DNA of 63,593 nt, counting the filler, from Klebsormidium nitens (taxonomy: Eukaryota > Plantae > Klebsormidiophyceae): NCBI GenBank assembly GCA_000708835.1. It is 4 parts of 4 records of this genome, joined end to end, with 100 filler letters (N's around TTAATTAATTAA, not from the genome) between each part and the next. Parts side by side here need not be neighbours in the genome. Positions count along the whole stretch, not along the records: positions 31,183 to 45,844 come from DF238036.1; positions 45,945 to 61,391 come from DF237889.1; 2 more parts are not named here. One strand, 5' to 3'. Position 1 is the first letter of the stretch. Each line of letters starts with the position of its first letter. This document shows, in pieces, positions 37,372 through 50,300 of the stretch. A program made the translations under genes and the position numbers. Below the pieces are notes generated by a model. The model ran no database searches. It had not been told where the DNA came from and saw only the letters and a program-made list of their open reading frames with translations.

Positions 37372-40300
37372 ATGGTGTGTTCAGAAGTGTATGGAATCCT
37401 CCCCTGCAGCGAGGGGGTTGTTGGGAGCATCTTCTTGCTCCTGGTCTATGGTTTCATCATATTGCAAGGCGCCCGATGGATCAGTGAAGGGAGCGAGCTC
37501 TTATTGAAGGTGATTCCTTAACTGATGAATATCTAACCTGGAGACGTTGAATGCTTCACCAGTGAAGAGAGAAGAGTTGGCCAGTGTCTTTCAAGTTGGG
37601 GACTCTTGCTGGAAGCCGTTTGCCTGAGGTCTTGACTGAAAAAGCCATGCCATCATGCTGTTGGTGTCTGTTTGTCCAGGACGCTTGAGTAGAGTTTGAC
37701 TTCGCCATCGCTATCAAACACTCTTCGTTGTATGCAAGTATCTTCATCTGCTTGTATCCTCTTGCAGATATGTATTTCAAATGTATAACAAACTTTTATT
37801 GGACTGGTTATGACCAATCCTGGACTGGTATTCGAGGTGCACCCTTCAATCCAGTCAAAGCTCCAGTTTTGTAGTACAGCCTTCATCCAACCAAAGTAAA
37901 CTTCTTACCCGTGCAAGCTCCACGTTTGTTCCATGAGTCCGCGACAGCTATTAAACTTCCTGCACCTTGCATCGTGCCGTGCTCGAGGCTTAAATTCGTT
38001 TGCACTGCATGCAGGTTATCGACCCAGGATTGATTGGAGGCCTGCTGCTGCCAATTGTTGGGGCCCTTCCAGATACATTTATTGTTGCAGCCTCAGGCTT
38101 AGGAGGGAGCCCTTCAGAAGCTCAGGTGAAGCTCATCACCAATGAAAGCATGTTGGCAGAAAGTGAAGTGGATCATCTCAAAATTTACCATTACTTTAGC
38201 ACTTGGGGATTCAGCAAAGACTTTGACTCAGTTCATAGAGACGGTTTAAAAGTCCCTCAGCCATGAGCTACCTGCTGAGGTGGTGGTGGTTTGAGAGACC
38301 CAGAGATGGACCATGTGGAAGCACTGATCCTTGTCATGCTAATAATCCACGAGCATAGCTTTGCTGCTAGAGAAAAAGTGCTACAGCAGAGCTTGGGGGT
38401 TTGCACGCAGCTCTTACAGTCAGCTGGGGCCCATTTTCGTTTTCATGTCAAGATGCATGGTAGACTACCCCGAGTTTGTCACGCTGTAACCTTTTTGTAC
38501 TGGCCCACGATTGATAGTGGTTTTTCCCAGTTCCTGCTTAACGGGGCTCATCAATCAAGATGACCAGAAGACAGACTGTGATGTGGAGTTTTTATTTGGT
38601 GGTCTCTTCTTAGCTGGACAAGAACCTTCAGCCTTTCTTAAAGATGAGGTAGATGTCACGAGAGCATCCTCCCAGGTGTATACAATCGCTTGTTCTCACC
38701 CCATCCTTCCTGCTACAGGCTTCCAGTTGTTGGTATTTACAGTTCTTAATACGTGCACAGCTGATTGTTCCTGCACAATCCACCTAGACCAGCAACAACG
38801 TGATCCTGAATATTCATAATCCTCTATGCATGTCTGCAGGATAAAGTAGAGATTGGTTTGGGCGCCCTCGCTGGCGCCAATGTTATGCTGCTGACGATCG
38901 TGATCGGCGTGTCCATTATCGTTGGAAGGTGTGACCTTGACAGCCACGGAAGCGCAGTCGACAAGCGACTGACGAGAGGATGGGACGCCAAAAGAACAGG
39001 GGTGACAGTGGATGGGTGAGATTTGACCTGCGCTTCGGCTTTTCCAGACTCGCATACAGTGAAAGCAATCCTCTTGTGCTGCTTTCCCGGTAGAGGAGTC
39101 CAGGGACGCTTTCGTTTTGATTAAAAGACAGGGTGACGAGCGCACTTGCTGTCGTCCTCTTGAATGAACATATCCCGGAGCAAAGCATGAAAGTGACCAT
39201 TTTCGCCACTGGTCAGCCGTTCAAGCTTTTCAACGCATAAGTGCAGTTGCATGGGCGAATACAGAGCTGGACTCCAGACGCTACCGCTAATTGTTGGAAA
39301 CCTATGCAACGCTTTCGACAGACTTCTTGTGTTGTTTATATTCACTACGAATTTTGCGAAGCAGCCAGTACCCAGACAGTTTCAGAAAGTTAGTAAATCC
39401 TTGACGCAATCTAGAAGGTGTCGCACGTCTCTCTGATTTTCAGGCTCATCAAGGAGGGCGCAATCTTCATGGTCGTCAGCGCTATGCTTCTTCTTGTGCC
39501 TCAGGTAAGGCCATGTTCAGAGGTTGAAAAACCAGGACCTCAGGGTTTGGCGTTAATCCATGACTGCGACGATGTTGGCAGAGGGAGACGGTCCTTTTTC
39601 CCAATGCTTTTCTCGATCGTGGCTTATTTTTCAAACTTCTGGCTCCGTGGTGACGGTTACTGGCTCGAGATAGGGGGGACTCAGATGGTGATAATGTCCA
39701 CTAGCGTTCGATTTTCAGAAGCCGAAGCTTTCTTGAAAAGACATGGGATAAGAAAGGGAGCGCACAACTCTCAGGGGGACGAAGCGTACGATTGGCAGGT
39801 CTCCGCTATGTGCCTTTCTGACTGGTCTGTTTCGGAAGTGCTCTGCACAAGCGTCGCATGAGAAGACTCATCGAGAATGCTTCCGGGCCGTTCTCAGACC
39901 GTTAGAGCAGCTTCCAGAAAATGAAGTTGGGGTTGGAAGAGAATGGAACAGATGGCACTGAAGTGAAAGCTCGTGCTGACACGGAATGTCTACTCGGAGT
40001 TGGTAAATGAATTGAGGCAGCTTGGATGCCTATCGGGGGCCATTACCTCGCTGGCCACCGTCTTTGGATGAAGAATTCCCCTGTTCTCTTTTCTTCTGTC
40101 TCTGAAAAGTTGGAGCATCTGACACCCAAGTCTACTGCACGTGCTCTCCCGTTGCAGTTGCCGGCCTACTGGGGAACCCGCACGCAGGGGGAAGTTACAC
40201 TAGCTGGGATGGTCTTGTGCTTCGTAATACTAGTGGCCTACGTCGTCTGGCAGGTGACGTTCTCAACCAGGCACTTTCGTCCGCAGCAGCGATTGATTAA

Positions 40301-43300
40301 GCCTTGCCCTACACAGTCTGGGTCGCGATGTCCCACTCTACGTAGTGCTGGTTCTTACGACGCCTTTCAAAGCTGCATCGTTGCTCCCTCCGTTGGTGCT
40401 CGCGGGCGCCCTTCTAAACATGATTTCTACTACAGCCCCTTTTGCGGTTGAAGTTGAAAGGGCTGATCTACTGTAAGGGCTGATCTACTGTAGTTCTGCC
40501 TCGAACGCTCCTTTTCAATCGGAACGATGTCAACCTTGACGGTCAGCCCTTACGTTCTGCTCCTCCAGACGATCGCCCCGGCCCTTCAAAAGCGGCGCAT
40601 GCGCGCCGCGCGCCACAAGCTCCTGAAGCTGTACGCAGTCAGGACGGCGCATCGCTTGGGAGGTGAGCCGTTCCGAGCGTTCTCTTCGGAATTGAGAAGC
40701 CTCGATTGCGCTCAGAAGCAGGTCCAATAAGTCGTAGCGTGAGACGGTGCTGGGAACTTCGTCACTAGTAGAGGCAGCGAGAACTTCTATTTGACACCAC
40801 CTTGATTTTTCGCCGGTTTCGGTATGATACGAGCTGGTATTTTTGGGCCTACTAGACGTCTCTCTGCGGACAGCTTTGGCCTCTTGGACGTTGGATGCTG
40901 ATTTTTTGACGTTAGATATCCGGCCACTCAGGGTACTTTTGTTGATTGATGCTTATTCGTGTTTACTGAACTTACCGCGGTGCTAGCAGGGACTACTTTG
41001 TTAGTGGTTGTTTTGCTCCCTAAGTGCTGAATTGATCTTTTCATTGCAGGTGGCGGGAACATCGATGACGAATCTTTACGCCGGATCTTCCGGCAATTCG
41101 ACCGCGGGGGAGACGGACACTTGGATGGGTCAGAGCTCAAGGTAACTCTCGAACACCATCCGCATGTTCACTTGTTAACTCGCCTTTACGCAACGATAAA
41201 AAAGGGGACTCTTAGCTTTCAAGCTTGCCGAACGGGGGGTTGTCACGAGCTTCATATAAGGAAATCAGGTGCAGAGTTGACTGCTTATTCCGAATCGACT
41301 TTATCTGAGAAATTCTTCAGTGTGAAGAGGATCTGAGGGCAGCTTTACATTTCTTGCATCGACTTGCTTCATGCCCGACCTCTGTGTCACGTGACGGGTT
41401 CGTTCGTCCCAAGGTGGTATTGGTCGTTCCCATTGAAACGCTCTCGTTCGGAGTGTGATGCGTTCCTCCTTGAGTTGGAAAGGATGATTCTCTTTACTGA
41501 AAATCGTCCTCAGACCTGGCATGCTTCTCGAACGCAATGGAACCACATCAATCTGTGAAGTTACATGCTTCAGTGAGCGCCTGGCGCTCTGGAAATCTGG
41601 CACCATTCCGCCCTATATTTATGAAATATCAGTAGCATTCTCGAGTTCCGTGCCTTTCCCAATCCTTTTTTGCAAATGAAAATATCTGCTTATATCGCAC
41701 CGATCCCCAACGGTGCAGGCGCTGGTCACGGGAATGACTTTCGGTGCGACCGGCCTTGTGACCATGGAGTATGACGCCGACTTCTGGCTGAAAAACTTTT
41801 CCAAGGACCCCGAGTCGCGCGCCATCTCGGAAGAAGACTTTGTGAAGGGGATGAAAGAGTGGATCAGCCAGGTCCGTGGTCCTAGGCTCTCTGCGTGCTT
41901 CCCTTGTGTGCGCGTCTGCGAGTACCCAAAGCTTTTGTGCGGCACCATCGCTTATGCACGGCAGCTGTGCTTATGGACGGCACCAAATGTTGCCAGGCCG
42001 AAAGGTAGACAGGCAGAAGTAGGTTCACTGTTCCCGTGGGTGCATCTCGAATGTCGATTCACAGGTGCGTCGGTTGTGCAGCATGAGCAGGTGCGTACCA
42101 AAGCTTTAGCAGGATTTTCATAGTCAAGTTTGTCAAGATTCATTTGATAACATAACGTCGACCACCGGAGCGGGAATACTCGGATCGAGACCTACCTTTG
42201 CTATGAAGATTTTAACCAGCCTGACTATGGACGGCTAACCGTAAAGGTTTTACCCACAAGCGAATTTGTTTTTTTGAGCCAACTCCCGAATAGCTAGTCC
42301 CGTTTTTCACTTTCAATATCTTTCCTCCACAAACAGCACCGCGACATCCACAAGCGCTCGCGCAGCATGCACGTCCTCCTGCGGCGCGTCACCCGCGACA
42401 GCGGCCACCACACCCCGAGCGACCCCGCTCTAGTTCCGGGGGACAGCCAGCACCCGGAGTCTGGCCCCAGTGCGATCACTCAGGAGCAGATGTCCAGCCA
42501 CGTGGCAGCCCGGGAGGAGATCGACCGGGCACTCCAGGCCGCCTCGGTCGTCAGTGATGACGACAGCAGCAGTAGTAGCAGCGATAGTGATGACGACGAA
42601 GACCGGGGTCCCCCGGTGATGCCGTCGAAGCGGCGGGTCGTGACGTGGGGCGCGTTTCTCATCCTGGCCGGGTGTGTGGTCATCGGGGTGGCGTCGGACC
42701 CCCTGGTAAGCGTTCACAATCATCTCAACTGGAATGTCCTCCCCCTTGGAAGTTCTCCGATGAAGGGTTTAGTATGGGGTTAAGAATTTCTCGTTTTCGA
42801 AGCAGGAACTCTGCTGGATCAGTAGGGGGTTAGTCGCTCAAGTTTCGATGTCGGTCAAATCCGGTCAACTCGGTAAGGGTTCCGGCCAATGGGATCACGA
42901 ATGAATGTGCCTTGCCGTTTTTGGAACATGTCATGTCATTAAGGGAGGCAAAGAGTTAAGGCGTTCAAGGTTGGTGGACAGCCGGGCCGTCTCGTCGAGA
43001 GCTCTGTGGAATGCCGTCATACGTGCCGTGCTGGATTAATCGCTGGGTTGATCGACACATCCCCTGTGTATTGCAAGACGCGGGTATTTGCAGTTATTGA
43101 CTCAAATTCGCATCTGCATTCTTCTTGATCCCCGAACACTCCTTCCGGGAGTCCCTTCGTCGCTTCCCGGGCAATATTTGCCCGACCGGGGTTCCTGTCC
43201 CTAATATAATCAGTTGCTCTTCCCAAGATGGTGTGGAAGGACATGCCACCTGTACTTGTGCGCAGCTACTGCTTGCCTGGATAATCATCGATGTTCTTCG

Positions 43301-44744
43301 TACGCTTTTCTCTACTGCCCGAACACGTTTTTGCCAAAAGCTTGGACAGCTGCGGTCCGTTCTTGTGTCCGCTTCCCGAACTCTGCTTTCAGACAGATTC
43401 TGCAGGAGCATTGTCCCTAACTAGCCCCTTAATTTAGTAGATACAATGCCACCAACGGGCTTTTTTTTTGATCTGCACACTCCCGTTGCTTTCGATCCCA
43501 GTGTTACTAGTCTGTCTCCTTCCCCTCGCCTAGAATCTGACGTCTGATCTCTTACCGCCAATTACGAGTGGTCCGTTTGTTTTTCATGCCAGGTCGACGC
43601 CTTGGACAGCTTCTCGCGCGCCTCGGGGGTGCCGCAGTTCTTCGTCTCGTTCGTGATCGCTCCCCTGGCTTCGAACGCACAGGAGGCCGTCTCCTGCTTT
43701 CTGATCGCGCGCCGACGACGGCGCAGCCACATCACGCTCGCGCTGGCCCAGGTGACTGCGCGCGCGTTGTCTCTCAACACCGTCTTCGGCCTTTATTTGT
43801 CAATTCAAGAAGATAGTCGAATTTGGGAGTTTATCTCTGTTAGATGAATACCTAAACATTTGCAAAAGCTGAGTTCCCGAAGATATCGTGCTTGCTCAAG
43901 TGACGAGTAGCGCCGCACCCGCCGCCACCATCTCTTTTGGATTTGGTCTCGAGTCCTGCGTCGGCTTATTTTCTGATGCGGATAGATTGCACGGCCAAAC
44001 GCTACGTCTTTTCCCCTCCGAGATTAACTAGTTCACATCTCTTCGGACTGCTTCTGCTTTAGTGGGTGCAAAAAGGTCCGAAATCAGCCACGCGGTCTTG
44101 AGGAGCTTCCTCTTATTATTTCGAAGCCGCTCTGTGCCTAAAACGAAACGGGTTTCTTCCATTCTGGGTCTCGATTTTGAAGTGCTCTACGTGTGACGGT
44201 AACAGGTTTACGGTGCGGTGACACTGAACAACTCGATGGCGCTCGGAGTGTTTCTGGCTATCGTGCATTTCCGCAAGCTGAGGTGGACGTTCGATTCCGA
44301 GGTAAGCGACGGATACTCGGTTGTCTTTTTCGAAGGCGAGTTTCCAGGCTGCTCTTGTTGGTTGGTACAGAACTCCCACTGTGCGGCGCTTCTGAGCCGA
44401 AGCACAAGGTAGACCGAGATGAGCACCTTCTCTCCGGGGATACACAAGAGACTTCATCGGAATTAGGAAACAGTGAGGCAGCAACAACTCGAGAAAAGGG
44501 CATGCCTGATCAGGATTATTTCTTGTAGTCTGCTTTTGACGGCATCGGACAACATTCAAACGAGAATTTTGAACCATATTTCCTTGCGCAGGTTACCGTC
44601 ATACTGGCGGTTTGCTTAGGTGTTGGCATCCTGGGAGTGCGGCGGACGAGTTATCCTCTGTGGGTAGCATACGTGTTGCTTTCAATATACCCTCTTGCGA
44701 TTGCACTGACAGCCATTCTTGACTACGGTGCTGGGTGGGGTAAG
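37372..44744 (+). CDS. NCL: Plant Na+/Ca2+ exchanger-like protein with EF-hand (NCL family); 5' end uncertain
   Basis: Exons ~37372-37509, 38015-38125, 38840-39015, 39444-39504, 40158-40253, 40569-40662, 41050-41141, 41719-41871, 42337-42705, 43593-43751, 44206-44301, 44592-44744. Motifs CSEVYGILPC, LPIVGALPD, GALAGANVMLLT, FDRGGDGHLDGSELK, PLASNAQEAVS, TLNN, WTFDSEV, YPLW. Confidence 0.9.
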
Positions 44745-45944
44745 CTTTGAGCACGAGTCCCATTACCTAAAGTGCGCAGTGCGACAAGCTTTAGAATGTG
44801 ATTAGCCAATTGTATCCAGCCGCGGCCTTGATTCAGATTTAGGTTGATCCCGTTGAGTACGTAAATTGAGCAGGTACGAGAAACTTTTCTCCCAGTGCAA
44901 ACTATCTAGAGTAGTCGTAGGCACCGCTAGAATGGTGCATGAAGTAAAGATAGGTAGCCCTGTCGTATGGCCTGCATAAGCTGGTCTGGACGGCAACTTA
45001 CAGTAGTAACGTACACTTACGTTTGTTATCTAGCCTAGCCTGTCTGGAGTGATGTATTGCCGACCGCGCGCCTCAATGCACTTTGATATCGCCGTCAAAG
45101 TCACACACGGTTGTGCTCAGATCGCAATGAGTCCGCAACGGGATGGTCCGACCTTTGATGGACACTCCTATTATAGCCCGTGCGTATCAAAGGCGCATTC
45201 GGGGCGGAGCGCAGGTACAGAGCCTTGTTTGACCGCAGATACATACATACTACTTATGGGAATGCATGCAAACGTGTATGCCTGAGAAAATTATAGGCTC
45301 ATGCCAGTCGATATAGAAACTAAAAGTTTAGGTAGACTCAGTACCTACAGTAGTACTAAGGTATACCTACTCAGTATAGGTGTAGTGTCACTATGGTCCG
45401 ATCGATATATCGTGGCCCGGCGAACGGGTGGGGTGATCGTTTGAGGGTTATACATGGTAGACCGCCCAGAAGGGCGGCGGGGGCTTTCTTTTATTGGGCG
45501 ATTGCGGGCAGAAATATAAAAGTGCACATTGTGGCATCGTGTGGCGTTGCTCTGACTGCCTCCTGTGAATTTTCGCCATAATGAAGCGAGTGCTGAAGTC
45601 TGTACGCGAGCGTGCACACGCGGTACACGGAAGTCCGTACACCGTCCTATGGTCTGAACAACTGCAGTACGTACCGGATTTCCAGTCGCTCTTCCCTCCG
45701 GACACTATGACCCATCGTTGCAATTCGAAAACAGCAATACTGAATGAGTCCATCTCATATAAGGGTGATTTGAAATTTTATTTATTGGGTTGACGACCGG
45801 GTTACGCCACAGTGTCAGGTGCATAATTGGGGTACAAACCACAANNNNNNNNNNNNNNNNNNNNNNNNNNNNNNNNNNNNNNNNNNNNTTAATTAATTAA
45901 NNNNNNNNNNNNNNNNNNNNNNNNNNNNNNNNNNNNNNNNNNNN

Positions 45945-47301
45945 TGCAGACGGGAGCGGTGCGGGGACAGTACCTGCAGAGGGCAGCGGTGCGGGGGCAG
46001 GCGGAGGGGGACGGGGAGGCGGCAGACCCTTCCGCTTTAGGCCAGGAACGAAAGCCCTGCGGGAGATTCGAAAGTACCAAAAGTCAACCGACTTGCTGAT
46101 CCGGAAGCTGCCTTTTGCGAGGCTGGTGAGTAGCTGAGAAATTGCTCTCACTTGCATTGTCAATTGCTTGCCTAAAGCCCACCTGGAGGCCATTTGCAGT
46201 CTGTGATACTGGGAATTTGGTTTTGAATTTGCGTCCTAGCTGCTAATGAAAGCGAATGTCACCAGCATCGTTGCATGTTCTTTATACTCTCGCATTTGCA
46301 CGTCGAAATAAGTATCTGACTGTCAAACCTGCACGCTGAGGGAGAACGTAAGATTCAGCAAGCATTTGGTGATACATTGTGCTCCTCATCAGGTCCAGGA
46401 AATCAGCAACAAATTGACCAAGGAGGACTTCAGGTGGGCTGCAGAGGGCTTGTTGGCTCTACAAGAGGTATGACAAGAGTCTCCTTGGTGTGAAGGGAAG
46501 TTGCGGAGTTGTCACCGCCCTTAAAACCTCCATCATTTCCTTACCCCGTCCAAGATAAATCTAGTAAATCTGCTCACGGCCATCTGCTTAAGTTAGCGAG
46601 TTAGTACATCACATTTAACCAGCTGGCGTTGGAAGCAGAGGCCCCTCGTATAAGCTTCATAAGCAAACGGGCATCGTATGCCTTACGTTGATAAGATGAG
46701 TTCAGCGTACTATGAGTGGTTTATCTGGGCCTATGACAATGTGCAGTGAAAACCGCAGATCTTGTCTAGCTGCTCAAGGCGATCCCTGCCTTTTTCGTAC
46801 AGATAACGGAGGACTTCATGGTGCACTTGTTTGAGGACACTAACTTATGCGCAATTCACGCTAAGCGGGTCACCGTCAGTAAGTCTTCTGCTCCTCGTGG
46901 TTCCATTGCCAACTTAAGACAGCGATTGGTTGCTCGTTTGAATCTCCGTGCAGGAAGTAGACGGAGTCCTCAGTAGCAGGGTAATATCTTGCCTCTTTTG
47001 CAAATCCGCTTGCGTTGATGATGGACTGGAGCGGTGCCTTTTGGATGAAGGTCTCTGTATCGTAGATAACAGGGCATACTGGGAGCAGAGGTGATCCATC
47101 CTTGTGAAGCATTGATGCAATATGTGGTGTTAGCATGGCTTATTCCTAGAGAACGTTGAACAGTATGTGGTCGCACTGAAACACTGTTTGGGGGACGACA
47201 CTTTTGCAGACAGTGATAATAAATGGGATTTTGCAGTGCCCAAGGACATGCAGCTGGCACGGCGCATTCGTGGGGGCTATTCTGGTGGCAAGCCCTTTTA
47301 A
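45945..47301 (+). CDS. CENH3: Centromeric histone H3 variant, 5' truncated by a gap
   Basis: Exons 45945-46127, 46393-46467, 46803-46878, 47237-47301. Sequence [31 protein letters not shown]...[16 protein letters not shown]...[30 protein letters not shown]. The RW motif, non-canonical tail and introns indicate CENH3 rather than canonical H3. Confidence 0.88.
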
Positions 47302-50300
47302 CCTGAGGGATTCCCGTACCCAAAAGGGGGATGGGTACGAGAGATTACCCCTGCTTCTGGTAGATGGAGGAGCTGGCACCGACCTAGTGCGTGGCATAGG
47401 TCGTGAAGTAAAGATTAGACGAAATCGGAGGATATTGAACAATTTTCTATTCTCGGATGGGCGGCCTAGTGCGTAAGCGCCGAGACGAATGACATAGCTG
47501 CTAAAAGCCCTAGTACTGCGACTAAAGGGCATGTGCCACGCTTACGGATATTGCATGTGGGAGCTCTATAATGAATCGAGAATAGTTCATCGTCCGTACT
47601 TTTGACAAGCGACTGCTTTCTTTATCAGAAAGCCGTGTTTGCTATCATCCACGCGCTGAGTGTGCAATGGTCTCATCGTCCTGACCCACTTTGATCATAT
47701 GCACGTTCAAACGAAAACTTGATACTCGTCAGGCGCTTCTTCTGTGAGCACGATAGAGCACGGGACCCTTTCTGTATTGATCTGTAGCGATCTCCAATCT
47801 TGATTGGGAACTTCGGAACGTACCGCGCCGGTTCCTTCTTCCCCTTATATGCAAAAGATCCCCTAAGCTATGAAGTACGGGGCAGGGGTTTTCTAATGGC
47901 CCGGCGCATTACGTGTCCAACCTAGATTGCTCAACATTTGCCGCGTAGCCAAAGTTGCTGCCTCTACCAGGTTCTACACACCCACGCCGCCACTGCGATC
48001 CTCCTTCCGTACAACAGATAGATTCAACGGAGTTCTCAGGCTAGGCCGCGGGCGATCCGCGGCAGAGGCGGCCGCGCTGACATGACCGTCTGACATGCAT
48101 GGGGCCACCTGGGCCTCCGCTTGGTCTCTTCCGACAGAGGCCGCGCATGCCCTGAACCCCTCCTGTTCTTCGCCTACTCTTTGCTGCTAGCTACATGTCA
48201 AGAACCTTGCTATCCTGATCGTTCTTCTCGAAATCAGTGTCATGCTTGACAAGTACTACATGCCAGGCTTAAGTGGAGAACTAGCCCTACAGTTCGGCAT
48301 GTGTGACCGGCGAGATCAGCCAGTACGTGGACAAACAGTAGCTCGCGACCTGCCAGCACTGTGAGATACGCATCTTTATTGCGCTCCGGTTGGAGATCCT
48401 CGATTGGATCTTGATCATCGGAGGATCCAACCCTTGTGTGATGCGCCAAAACCGATATATGACTTCTATCCCTCGATCAACTTGTTTCATGAACAAGCAC
48501 TGATCAGCGTACTTTGAAAATCAGCAGCACTGGTGTTTGTGGAGATACGGCCGTGCATATGCAAAATTGTCGGACACAAAGACGTGACTAACCCTTGACA
48601 TAGATACTTGTTTACGCACCCAATACAAGAGTCTAACTCCATGAGGCTCGGAGGCGGCATGCGTGCGACCGTGATGCATCAGAGAAGGCACGTTTTCAGC
48701 AAAGCCTTATGGCCTGGCAATACTCACTCCCTCTCGCTTACCACGTAACATCGTGGCATTGAAACCTCTGGACGATCGATCAAACCAAGGGTTCGAGGCA
48801 GGACCCACAACCGTCCTTCTCTACCAAACTGTCAAACCGTCTGGAAAAACGCATACCGTCTTACTACCGAAAGCATAATGTCATGGATCTTAAGGGGCAG
48901 GCGGACGCGGACCCAATCACGTTGCACCGTCCGCAAAGGTGGCCGCATCCCAACTGGCGGGCGCGGACGGTGTTGTTGCCTTGGAAAACCCGCTGGCGGA
49001 TAGGGGACCTGTAGATATACGCAGAGCCCTAGGTAACGGGGCTCGAAAAGATAAAATCGAGTTCCACACCGTTGAATGACGAGGTTCACGAGACAAGGCG
49101 AAGCACAGTCTTGCACGCCAAACAAGGCAGTCCGCTGAACAAGTGTCTAGAAAGCCGTATCAGAAGAATCTCTACTTCTGACCTCTGATGCAGAACGGCA
49201 TGTATATCCACCTGATCGGCGCCAGGGTTGATGGCGAGGGGTCGCACCTTCTGACCCCCGCAGTCAGTTCCGGATGGTAATCCAGGAAAAGTCAAGGTAG
49301 TCGAGCAAGATCTTCTACAAAGATATCGGGGGTTTCCGTTCTGGAGTCTCCAAGTTAAATTAACACACGTATAAATCCCTGCAATTTGGCTCTGCATACG
49401 AAGCTATCAGCCCTGTACACAAGTGTATCATCGGACCCGACTGTGGCGGACGTCACCTCAAGACCCGCCTTCAGTTGCAGTGCCAAAAGCAGAGCCGACA
49501 AGGGAGTGTACTGGGTACGTACCGCTAACGTTTCCGTTCCGTTTTGCTTGCGCGGGGTTGGAAGACGATGGGCCCATGACGTGCGGCACACCTGCACAAC
49601 GAATTGGCGCTCAGAACCACAATTTCTTATGTTACACTCAGTGGCGCAACCTTTGAGTGATTTGAAAAGCATTCTGCTCGAAAGCTTGCTTCAAGATCTG
49701 GGGCTAAACGTCGCCCACTTCCAGGTGGCTTTCGACCCCGTGCCACTTACCGCTCGGCAAAGATTCTACCGATGAACAAACTTGGTGGGATGTCAGATTT
49801 GCAATTCCATCACGCTTGTATCTGCTTTCGCTTACCTTCCCGACTCTCAAGTTTGAACGAAGCACACATCTTGACGAGAAAGGTGGTAAAACGGCGCTTC
49901 CCTTCAATTCGGATACACCTGGATTGGATGCCATAAAAAATCACCTGAGACTCGGCTCACCTTTCTCATTCATCTACCGGTTCCTCACAACATGTGCTAA
50001 AGTCTGTAACAATAGTTGCTGAGGCCGGCCTGCAATAGACGAGAGCCCGCCTCAGCAAGTCCTTGATTACCGAACGCTTGCAGGTTGGATACGGCACAAG
50101 ATCCGTGAGCAGATCACGATGTTTCAGATATTCGCTTGCTGCTCCTTTCGATGTCCAGCAAAGTGCACAGAATTCAATAGGAGACCGCCGGCTTAGTTCC
50201 AAATGAGCCTGCCAACCAGAACCTTTTGTAAGAGGTGAACCAATTTCAGCCGACTCGGTTGACGAAGGGCACCGGCGCTCCGAATGGGACCCGAAGGCCG

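Noticed and set aside
45945-47301. Canonical histone H3
   Set aside because: It has RWAAEG instead of RFQSSA, a non-H3 N-terminal tail and multiple introns.
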